A stretch of 64,000 bases of DNA from contig CM074512.1 in assembly GCA_037379345.1 (NCBI GenBank), forward strand, positions 36,642,001 through 36,706,000, in the 5' to 3' direction. Below the pieces are notes generated by a model. The model ran no database searches. It was not told where the DNA came from and worked only from the letters and a program-made list of their open reading frames with translations. The position numbers were made by a program, and so were the translations under genes. Below are positions 53,778 through 64,000 of the stretch, in pieces. This stretch comes from Perna viridis. Taxonomy: Eukaryota. Numbering within the stretch: position 1 is the stretch's first letter; each line of letters opens with the position of its first letter.

Positions 53778-53865
53778 GTGCTAGATATTTCAAAAATATT
53801 CTTGATATTCAAATAATTAACGCATAAATTACATAGTTGGTCTAATTTTGAATGAGTAAATTTGT

Positions 53866-56800
53866 TCATCCATGTCTTTTTTGGGTCAAGTATCTTTTCT
53901 TTTTCTCAATCATACGTTTCTCCTTTTCCATCAAATAACGCTTCTTTTTCTCCATCATTTTCATTTTCTGTGCATGTCTGTCCATCATTTTGTGTTTTCG
54001 GATCAAGTTCTGTTTTTTAGCAAGGTTACGGTCGTTAATGTGTCTCCTCAAAGAGTTATGAAGGTTCTTCCTGGACATGTGCATTGCTTTCAACGCGGTT
54101 CGGACGACATTGTTGTTTCTTTGCGCGTGTCTCTTGCTCCTTGATTTCAGTTCTTTTAATAGTCTCTGAAACTCTTTCAGCATTGCTCGTCTACCTAATA
54201 GAGGTGAAATTGAAAAAGTTGGTCAGCATAGCAAATAGTTGACAAATGTTTGATCCTATTCGGAAATTCAGAAATCTTAAAAGTAGCGTATTACTTTATT
54301 ACCATCCCTTAGGTTTATACATGTATTACTTCATTACCATCCCTTAGGTTTATATATGTGTATTACTTCATTACCATCCCTTAGGTTTATGCATGTATTA
54401 CTTCATTACCATCCCTTAGGTTTATATATGTGTATTACTTCATTACCATCCCTTAGGTTTATACATGTATTACTTCATTACCATCCCTTAGGTTTATATA
54501 TGTGTATTACTTCATTACCATCCCTTAGGTTTATACATGTATTACTTCATTACCATCCCTTAGGTTTATATACATGTATTACTTCATTACCATCCCTTAG
54601 GTTTAATTCCAAGATTCATGTCTACATCATATATCATACTAAATGCTTTTAGCATCATAAGACGCTTGGTATATTAGGTTGTCTTTTTGTCTCTTTTTTA
54701 TCGTAATGTTAAGAATTATACTAAAGGATACTCTAGGTACCACTATATCCAACTCTGATTGATTGTCCATTCGGTTGGACTTTCTGACGCTAATCACTTT
54801 AACTTGAGAGCAAATGGGCAACACATAACGTGGCTTTCCTCGCCATTATAAATAATGGCCTAGGAACTTGACTTTCCACATAAAAAAATCAAAAAGCGTC
54901 TTCACTTCTTTTAAAGGATCGATCCACTTAAAGGATTGAAAGATGTTTATTGTAGAGGGCTCGCAAGTGTGTTACGACAAAAAAAAAACGGGCGTTATTG
55001 TCAGCATACACATATTTCACAATTTCATAGTCGAGATTGGTTAAATCTTTCCTGATGAAAACTTACTTGGAGAAGGGTTATTACAGTTAGCTTCATCAGA
55101 CCTATCTGGACAGTCCGTAAACCCGTCACATTTCTCTGAGGCCTGGATACACAGAGTGTTGTCAGTACATCTTACCATTGTGGCACTGGGACATCCTACA
55201 AATATTTTTGTATGAAGTACTGCTGAACAGTTCTACCCAGGAAAATGGTAATTAAATTGGTAATGCGTTATCAACCACTTGGCACACTTTGAGTCATGAT
55301 TTGTTCACTATTTGCAATGTATGGTTTTTGTGGGTACATTTGGTTCAAATAATAGCTTATAGGTATAGTTGCATAAAATATTGTTTCTAATGAAGAGTAA
55401 AACTGCAAGACTTAAAGTCATGAATTTAAAATCAATTGTCGAACCCAGAAATAATCAAAACACAATTTTGAAAATACAGTTTCAACAAGAAAAATAAAAA
55501 AATCGATGAATTAGTACCCCACCAGCGTCTATTAATTAAATTCAACCTAAGGGGCTCGGGGAGAAATTTGACGTTTCAAACACACAAAAGATGGTGTATG
55601 TTTAAGAAAATGAAATCTTAACATGTTTATCGATTCCAGTTTCGCTTAAGAATCTGTATAATATATTGTGATATCAGACCATTACTACATACCACTACAA
55701 CCTTCTTCGTCACCCCCATTGGTACAATCAGGAATACCGTTACATTTTTCTGTGCTTGGTATACAGTAGCTGTTGGGACATTTAAATTGGTCACTGGAAC
55801 AAGTAGTAGCTGTAAGATCAGGAAGTTTACTTTTATAAGTGTAGGCTCTTCTTTTACTTAAAATTTTCTGTAACCTGTGCACTTGGGTGTGCACGTTGTT
55901 TTAAAATATCAATGCTAATTAATTCATGTCCACTACTAAAAGATATTTGATTTTTATGTTGAGGTATTGCTTTGTGTTTTAAAAAATGTTGTATTTTTGT
56001 TTTAGGTATAACGAATGAATTTAAACGAAATCTACTAAATAATTTTACTTTGTCAAATTGAAAGACCAATAATGTGACTTGTACATGTACTACACGTAAA
56101 ATATTTCACATTTCAACAATATTTTAGACAGAAATGGTAAGCTATTGACCTTCCAATCTACTATACTGTAATACATACCTTCACAATTTTGCTCATCATC
56201 TCCAGTAGGACAGTCCTGGTAACCATCACAACGGGCGGAGGTAGCAACGCAGGTTACGCCATCTGAACACTTGAATTTTCCGGCTGGACATGTAAAGCCT
56301 GTAAAATTGCGAAAAATTCATAAGGCACCAAAGCTAAGGGCGGATGAAATCAGATTTAAAAAGTACTATCTTTAAAAAAAAATATAGCCGACGCAAATTC
56401 TCGCTTTGTTAATACAAAAAAAAAACTGATTAAGATCTTATTTGGTGACCTGTGTGATCACTGTGCAATGTTTCGTATTTCAATTAATAAATTGGTTCAA
56501 CAAGTAAACAATTTCCAATTATTCAATATATATTTTTGTATGAAAGTGATTGAAATATTCGGGAACCAATGCCCCCAATGGAGCCTGAAATTACACGGTT
56601 GCTATCACAATCAAGCTTCATATGTTAGGTTGCGATGGTTAAGCATCATGGATGTCACTTGATGTCAAAACAAACTCAATATCGAGTGGAAAAAAATATT
56701 GAAACTCGGTTTTCGTCCACTTCTATATTTTGTTAGTCCCTTACTTTGACACATTGAAGCGTCCTCGTCAGCTCCGTCATCACAGTCTTTGAACATATCA

Positions 56801-59800
56801 CACTTCGTAGAATCATCACCGCAATCTGTAGAAAAAAATCAAATTGGTGAGTCAAAGAATAGAAACGAGGTAAACGCTTCTTTTCGCAAAAAGAAAATTG
56901 AGTAACCACATGGGCAATGCAAATTGATCAATATTTAACAAACTTTTGAAAATCCACTGGAAACTCCAAACTTACTTCCGCCGCCGCCGCCACCACCACC
57001 ACCACCACAATTGGCCTCATCTGAATTATCATTGCAGTCTTTATAGTCGTCACATTCATATGAACCCGGATAGCACGTGCCGTCACTGACACATTGGAAT
57101 TCACCGTCTTTGCAGCCACCTGGGGCTGGAGTTGTAGTTGCTGAAAAAAAAAATCGGTTGCGTTTCTAAACTAAATATTAGTAATTTTTTTTAAAAAAAA
57201 GTAGTATTGACTAGTTTTACCATCTGTTGTTTTGGGAACGAGAGGTATGATAATGGTTTATGTTTAATTTCTTTAATTGTCAAATCCCGGAAATAAAAAA
57301 GCACATGTACTTGCCACAGACGACACAAAAACTACAAAAAAACAAATTATCAAAACGGATGACGGAAAAATGCCATTTCCGGAAATAATAATTAGAAAAG
57401 AAATCGAATTCAACTCATGTATATAATAATAGTGGGAGTAAACATAAATATTGTTCATATGTATATGGGTTTGAATATACAATTTAGAATTTACCACATC
57501 TTAATCGCATACTCGTTAATGCTTATGTACACGAAGCCAAACATATTTGTTTTCGATTATATTTCATTATTTCTTTGTCTTTTAAATGCCAAAAATATCA
57601 AAGCTCCAGTATTTACTGGGACAATTGGCCTCATCTGAATTATCATTGCAGTCTTTATAGTCGTCACATTCATATGAACCCGGATAGCACGTGTCGTCAC
57701 TGACACATTGGAATTTGCCGTCTTTGCAGCCACCTGATTATGATGGTGGACGGCAAATTTAAAGTAAAGGTTAAGGTCATCATAACTGACAGCTATTCAA
57801 AATTATGAGACAGTGTCCAAAAGATCACACAGGTTCTCTGAGGTAGTTACGGACACATTGGTATAATGAAGGGCAGATTTCTAGCTAGAGAGCTACTAGT
57901 ATTTAAATTAATCACAAGCCTACCTAAATTTGTATTGATATTGCAACTGGTCAATTTCAACTAACTGTAAAATAATCAGCCTTAAATGATGTTGCACTGC
58001 AAAGGTTTTGAATACTAGTATAAAATTAAGAATCTACCTCATCTTAATCGCATACTCGTTTATGCTTATGTACACGAAGCCAAACATATTTGTTTTCGAT
58101 TATATTTCATTATTTCTTTGTCTTTTAAATGCCGAAAATATCAAAGCTCCAGTACTTACTGGGACAATTGGCCTCATCTGAATTATCATTGCAGTCTTTA
58201 TAGTCGTCACATTCATATGAACCCGGATAGCACGTGCCGTCACTGACACATTGGAATTCACCGTCTTTGCATCCACTAGGGGCAGGAGTTGTTGTGGATG
58301 CTGAAACAAAATGATCCAAGTGTTTCGCGTGAACCATAACAGATATATGTTTCATTCCATTCCCGACGACCGTTTAACAAAAGCAGAGTTGATGTTTCTT
58401 ATATTATGCATTTAAGTACATAATTTAAATGAAGCTTGATCAGTTTAAACTCGATTCAATTATTTCTAACAAATAGGCTTCTGGAACGGGGTTATATGGC
58501 TACAAGATTGAAGTCATCACTACAGAAGTTTTATGGTCGTCATCATGAACTCGTGGATCGTTATGGTGTATCCATCTGCACCAAGAAAACTTATTTATTC
58601 AACGTGTCATAGTTTTCTTTTCCTTTTCGTCTACACCGGACTTGACTTTTTATGAGCAACTCGGCGGGTTTTCCAGAAAAGCAGAGGACGCTTAGCCTAT
58701 CGGTGCACCTGGTCCATGCTTCCAGTTTTTAGTGGAGCCCGAGTTGCTCATTTGCTTTTGTTACTTGGTATGTATGATTTCAGTTACTTCATGCTCTAAG
58801 TTGTGTACGTCTGTTTTCTATTTCTGGTCTTTGTCACTGGATTACATTCTTTTGATTACTGCTATAACCTTGGTTCCCTTGATTATTCTTTGGTGATCTT
58901 GGATGAATTCAGATGTTTATAAAAGGCGGTTTGAGGTTATAGTTTGCTAGTTTTTTGCAAAAATAAAATCGTGTTTGTGAAACAAAAAGAGGACTCTAAC
59001 CCCGGAAACTTCCCAGGATCCGCCACTTTTGATTACTACATGAACCTAATTATGAAAATTGGGATCAACAATTGTAAATGATTTAGATATTATGCTCTAA
59101 TACTTACTGGGACAATTGGCCTCATCTGAATTATCATTGCAGTCTTTATAGTCGTCACATTCATATGAACCCGGATAGCACGTGCCGTCACTGACACATT
59201 GGAATTGGCCGTCTTTGCAGCCACCTGATTATGATGGTGGATGGCAAATTTAAAGTAAAGGTTAAGGTCATCATAACTGACAGCTATTCAAAATTATAAG
59301 ACAGTGTCCAAAAGATCACGCAGGTTCTCTGAGGTAGTTACGGACACATTGGTATAATAAAGGGCAGATTTCTAGCTAGAGAGCTACTAGTATTTAAATT
59401 ACTCACAAGTCTAACTTAATTTGTATTGATATTGCAACTGGTCAATTTCAACTAACTGTAAAATAATCAGCCTTAAATACTGTTGCACTACAAAGGTTTT
59501 GAATACTAGTAGAATAAAATTAAGAATTGATCTCATCTTAATCGCATACTCGTTAATGCTTACGTACACGAAGCTAAACAGATTTGTTTTCGATTATATT
59601 TCATTCTTTTTGTGTCTTTTAAATGCCAAAAAATATCAAAGCTCCAGTACTTACTGGGACAATTGGCCTCATCTGAATTGTCATTGCAGTCTTTATAGTC
59701 GTCACATTCATATGAACCCGGATAGCACGTGCCGTCACTGACACATTGGAATTCACCGTCTTTGCATCCACTAGGGGCAGGAGTTGTTGTGGATGCTGAA

Positions 59801-62800
59801 ACAAAATGATCCAAGTGTTTCGCGTGAACCATAACAGATATATGTTTCATTCCATTCCCGACGACCGTTTAACAAAAGCAGAGTTGATGTTTCTTATATT
59901 ATGCATTTAAGTACATAATTTAAATGAAGCTTGATCAGTTTAAACTCGATTCAATTATTTCTAACAAATAGGCTTCTGGAACGGGGTTATATGGCTACAA
60001 GATTGAAGTCATCACTACAGAAGTTTTATGGTCGTCATCATGAACTCGTGGATCGTTATGGTGTATCCATCTGCACCAAGAAAACTTATTTATTCAACGT
60101 GTCATAGTTTTCTTTTCCTTTTCGTCTACACCGGACTTGACTTTTTATGAGCAACTCGGCGGGTTTTCCAGAAAAGCAGAGGACGCTTAGCCTATCGGTG
60201 CACCTGGTCCATGCTTCCAGTTTTTAGTGGAGCCCGAGTTGCTCATTTGCTTTTGTTACTTGGTATGTATGATTTCAGTTACTTCATGCTCTAAGTTGTG
60301 TACGTCTGTTTTCTATTTCTGGTCTTTGTCACTGGATTACATTCTTTTGATTACTGCTATAACCTTGGTTCCCTTGATTATTCTTTGGTGATCTTGGATG
60401 AATTCAGATGTTTATAAAAGGCGGTTTGAGGTTATAGTTTGCTAGTTTTTTGCAAAAATAAAATCGTGTTTGTGAAACAAAAAGAGGACTCTAACCCCGG
60501 AAACTTCCCAGGATCCGCCACTTTTGATTACTACATGAACCTAATTATGAAAATTGGGATCAACAATTGTAAATGATTTAGATATTATGCTCTAATACTT
60601 ACTGGGACAATTGGCCTCATCTGAATTATCATTGCAGTCTTTATAGTCGTCACATTCATATGAACCCGGATAGCACGTGCCGTCACTGACACATTGGAAT
60701 TGGCCGTCTTTGCAGCCACCTGATTATGATGGTGGATGGCAAATTTAAAGTAAAGGTTAAGGTCATCATAACTGACAGCTATTCAAAATTATAAGACAGT
60801 GTCCAAAAGATCACGCAGGTTCTCTGAGGTAGTTACGGACACATTGGTATAATAAAGGGCAGATTTCTAGCTAGAGAGCTACTAGTATTTAAATTACTCA
60901 CAAGTCTAACTTAATTTGTATTGATATTGCAACTGGTCAATTTCAACTAACTGTAAAATAATCAGCCTTAAATACTGTTGCACTACAAAGGTTTTGAATA
61001 CTAGTAGAATAAAATTAAGAATTGATCTCATCTTAATCGCATACTCGTTAATGCTTACGTACACGAAGCTAAACAGATTTGTTTTCGATTATATTTCATT
61101 CTTTTTGTGTCTTTTAAATGCCAAAAAATATCAAAGCTCCAGTACTTACTGGGACAATTGGCCTCATCTGAATTGTCATTGCAGTCTTTATAGTCGTCAC
61201 ATTCATATGAACCCGGATAGCACGTGCCGTCACTGACACATTGGAATTCACCGTCTTTGCATCCACTAGGGGCAGGAGTTGTTGTGGATGCTGAAACAAA
61301 ATGATCCAAGTGTTTCGCGTGAACCATAACAGATATATGTTTCATTCCATTCCCGACGACCGTTTAACAAAAGCAGAGTTGATGTTTCTTATATTATGCA
61401 TTTAAGTACAAAATTTAAATGAAGCTTGATCAGTTTAAACTCGATTCAATTATTTCTAACAAATAGGCTTCTGGAACGGGGTTATATGGCTACAAGATTG
61501 AAGTCATCACTACAGAAGTTTTATGGTCGTCATCATGAACTCGTGGATCGTTATGGTGTATCCATCTGCACCAAGAAAACTTATTTATTCAACGTGTCAT
61601 AGTTTTCTTTTCCTTTTCGTCTACCCCAGACTTGACTTTTTATGAGCAACTCGGCGGGTTTTCCAGAAAAGCAGAGGACGCTTAGCCTATCGGTGCACCT
61701 GGTCCATGCTTCCAGTTTTTAGTGGAGTCCGAGTTGCTCATTTGCTTTTGTTACTTGGTATGTATGATTTCAGTTACTTCATGCTCTAAGTTGTGTACGT
61801 CTGTTTTCTATTTCTGGTCTTTGTCACTGGATTACATTCTTTTGATTACTGCTATAACCTTGGTTCCCTTGATTATTCTTTGGTGATCTTGGATGAATTC
61901 AGATGTTTATAAAAGGCGGTTTGAGGTTATAGTTTGCTAGTCTTTTGCAAAAATAAAATCGTGTTTGTGAAACAAAAAGAGGACTCTAACCCCGGAAACT
62001 TCCCAGGATCCGCCACTTTTGATTACTACATGAACCTAATTATGAAAATTTGGATCAACAATTGTAAATGATTTAGATATTATGCTTAAAAGGGATTATT
62101 AAAATGCAGTAAACAAAAAGTCAATGTTATTTATTTTCATATCTTTGTGCCCGTTGTTAACTTTTCCTTAAATATCTTCTCAGAAAATCGCTCAGTGGAT
62201 TTATATCAAATTTGCATTGTCCCCAGCATCCTTGCCGTATCTAAAACTTATTTCGATTATGCAGATCAAAGGTAAACATGGCCGCTGTTGCTATTTTTGC
62301 AGCACATGGGTCAGGTCACCAATTTCTACATATATTCAAAAACTATTAAAGATATTAGCAAATAAATGTGACCGTCCTTCAGCTTGAAAAACTTTATACA
62401 AGTCTCTGTTTGGTTGAAGTTGTACAACGATTACGCAAAATATCGAAATAAACTGTGATTGTTGAAATTATCCTTATGACAAGGCCTACAGAAGTCATAA
62501 ACATTTAGTCTTAAATAGTGGGAGTAAATGTAAATATTATATTGCTGTACTGCCTAGATTTCAATTGATTATACAATTTAGAATTTACCTGATCTTAACG
62601 CATTCTCGTTAATGATTATGCGCGCAAAGCTAAACAAATATGTTCTCAATCATATTTGTTTTATCGTTCGTCTCTTCCAAAGCTCCAGTACTTACTTCCA
62701 CAATTGGCCTCGTCTGAATTATCATCGCAGTCTTTATAGTTGTCGCATTCAAATGAACCCGGATGACACGTGCCGTCACTGACGCATTGAAATTCTCCAT

Positions 62801-63448
62801 CTTCACATTGTGATGGTCTAGGTGTTGGAGTTGTGTCTTAATTACAATAAAAATGGAGGAGAAGGATAATATATCAATCGTAATGCTTTATACAGATTCA
62901 GTTATAATCACTTGTTCATAATTTAAGAATAAATTTTCCAGTCGTCTCCAGTTCAGTATGGCGTTTTAACTCTCAGTAGGTCATCTAAAAACTTTCTTAT
63001 TACACTTAGTTCGATTCTCAAGTTACGAATTGCAAACGATAAAGATGTACATTAAAATCTAGTAAGCTTTCTAAGATTAATTCTACTTTGAAACAACATC
63101 TTTCTATGACATTTATTTGTGCACTTTGTTTTAAGAAATGTTTGGGGGCAATGTTTGCCTATACATTTTGTATTTTCAAAGTTGAACAGTTTCATGCCTT
63201 TTTCAAAGGGTTCATATTCAAAATTTCAAATTTTGTAATAGCTGCTGTGACTCAAACCATATCACTGAAGTGAGGTTCAAAGTGTCATGATCTTGCAAAA
63301 ACGGGCTGAGTTTAATACATACCATCACATCCACATTCGTCACTTCCGTCCATGCAATCAGCTATGCCATTGCATCTTCCATTTATGTCAATACAAGTCA
63401 TATCTTTACATTGAAATTCATTAACTGTATCACACATATCAGTCTCTT
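53866..63448 (-). CDS. Gene L2: multi-LDLa protein (13 modules visible) with a very basic C-terminal tail and no TM; start exon not found
   Basis: Phase-1 exons 63448-63323, 62836-62696, 61290-61150, 60719-60603, 59795-59655, 59224-59108, 58300-58160, 57733-57617, 57140-56976, 56825-56745, 56298-56179, 55809-55693, 55195-55067, each encoding one LDLa (e.g. [36 protein letters not shown]). Terminal exon 54194-53866 reads [26 protein letters not shown]. Confidence 0.88.
54299..54604. repeat. Minisatellite with alternating 35/37-bp monomers (72-bp higher-order unit), 9 cores
   Basis: CCATCCCTTAGG starts at 54302, 54337, 54374, 54409, 54446, 54481, 54518, 54553 and 54590. Confidence 0.93.
58466..58890 (+). 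mobile_element. 5'-truncated Naiad-type Penelope element, copy in unit 1
   Basis: [48 protein letters not shown] followed by the 3' tail; no C-terminal GIY-YIG after the RT. Confidence 0.82.
59961..60385 (+). mobile_element. Same PLE fragment, unit 2
   Basis: Copy of 58466-58890 at +1495. Confidence 0.82.
61456..61880 (+). mobile_element. Same PLE fragment, unit 3
   Basis: Copy of 58466-58890 at +2990, with a few substitutions. Confidence 0.82.
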
Positions 63449-64000
63449 CTAAAATATGATTATATATATATATATTTATTTATTTATATATTTCAGATAA
63501 CATATAAGGTCCAAAGGTCGTCACAAAGGTGGGAAACATTAAGTAGGTCCAGTTCTAGGCCTTTCTAGCGCAGGCACCACCCATACAATAGTACAATCAT
63601 TATGATATTTTTGTTTAACATCCCCTCCTTTTGAACCCCTCTCTACGGGTCCGACACTCGATGCACGGGTTATTTGTTCGTTTTTGTTTTTGTTTATTTT
63701 ATTTCTTACTTTTTGGTAGAACTGGACCAACAGATTGTTCAATATTACCTAGGGTATTCTGTAAAAGAACCAGGTCTAGATTTTACAAACACATTAGAAC
63801 AAGCGCATTACTCTCTTCTAAACTATCAAATTATTAAGAAATATTCTTGAAATCTTATACCATGAAGAAGATAGGCTTTTGTAAGGATATGTTCGTGTAT
63901 TGGTATGAATATTATGACACTAGACCTGGTGTGCAACAACAAAAAAAAATGGTGAAAGGTGTTCAAGGATTTTAGAAAAACGTGTAGTTTAAAAGTTAGT

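Larger units (their letters stand above)
57617..62086. repeat. Tandem array of ~3 x 1495-bp units, each with two LDLa exons and a PLE fragment
   Basis: Homologous exon ends at 58160/59655/61150 and 59108/60603 (spacing 1495); introns nearly identical between units. Confidence 0.96.

Noticed and set aside
54299-54604. CRISPR array or telomeric repeat (also considered for 17951-18297 and 32983-33190)
   Set aside because: Units are head-to-tail with no unique spacers and no cas genes, in eukaryotic DNA; TTAGG occurs once per unit, not as a telomeric run.
58652-58751. Hammerhead, HDV-like ribozyme or SECIS assignment for the PLE 3' motif
   Set aside because: No CTGANGA/GAAA core; HDV P3/L3 geometry could not be completed by eye; the ATGA is Watson-Crick paired rather than forming a SECIS GA quartet. 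Left unclassified.
56928-61299. ORFs of the type [23 protein letters not shown] (56928, 58100, 59619, 61114)
   Set aside because: They are alternative-frame readings of the LDLa exons.
37795-63448. A single LRP/megalin/SORL1-type receptor gene
   Set aside because: No EGF, YWTD or TM exons were seen. There is an in-frame terminal exon with a stop at 53866 and a separate signal-peptide exon at 42242, so two genes fit better.

Overview
AT-rich, intron-containing animal DNA; the repeat landscape and abundant TACATGTA suggest a bivalve, probably an oyster (inference). Four protein-coding genes were rebuilt by hand from GT-AG exons with matching phases. (1) The 3' part of a jitterbug/FLN-2-type filamin (+, 395-9413) with a ~550-aa low-complexity insert. 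(2) A complete 7-exon phospholipid scramblase (+, 20127-26362). (3, 4) Two tandem minus-strand paralogues built only of LDL-receptor class A (LDLa) modules followed by a Lys/Arg-rich tail, with no transmembrane segment. Gene L1 (42242-37795) is complete: signal peptide, 4 LDLa, basic tail, ~301 aa. Gene L2 (63448-53866) has 13 visible LDLa exons; its start exon was not found and probably lies beyond the window. L2 is growing by a very recent 1495-bp tandem duplication of an exon pair. This secreted 'acidic LDLa array + polybasic tail' family is the best candidate for an undescribed system: each chain carries both Ca2+-dependent lysine-binding modules and a lysine-rich candidate ligand. The rest is transposon debris (a decayed LINE, Naiad-type Penelope fragments sharing a 3' structured motif, MITEs, SINEs, minisatellites), an actin pseudogene fragment, a ~1.1-kb inverted duplication and an orphan frameshifted ORF.
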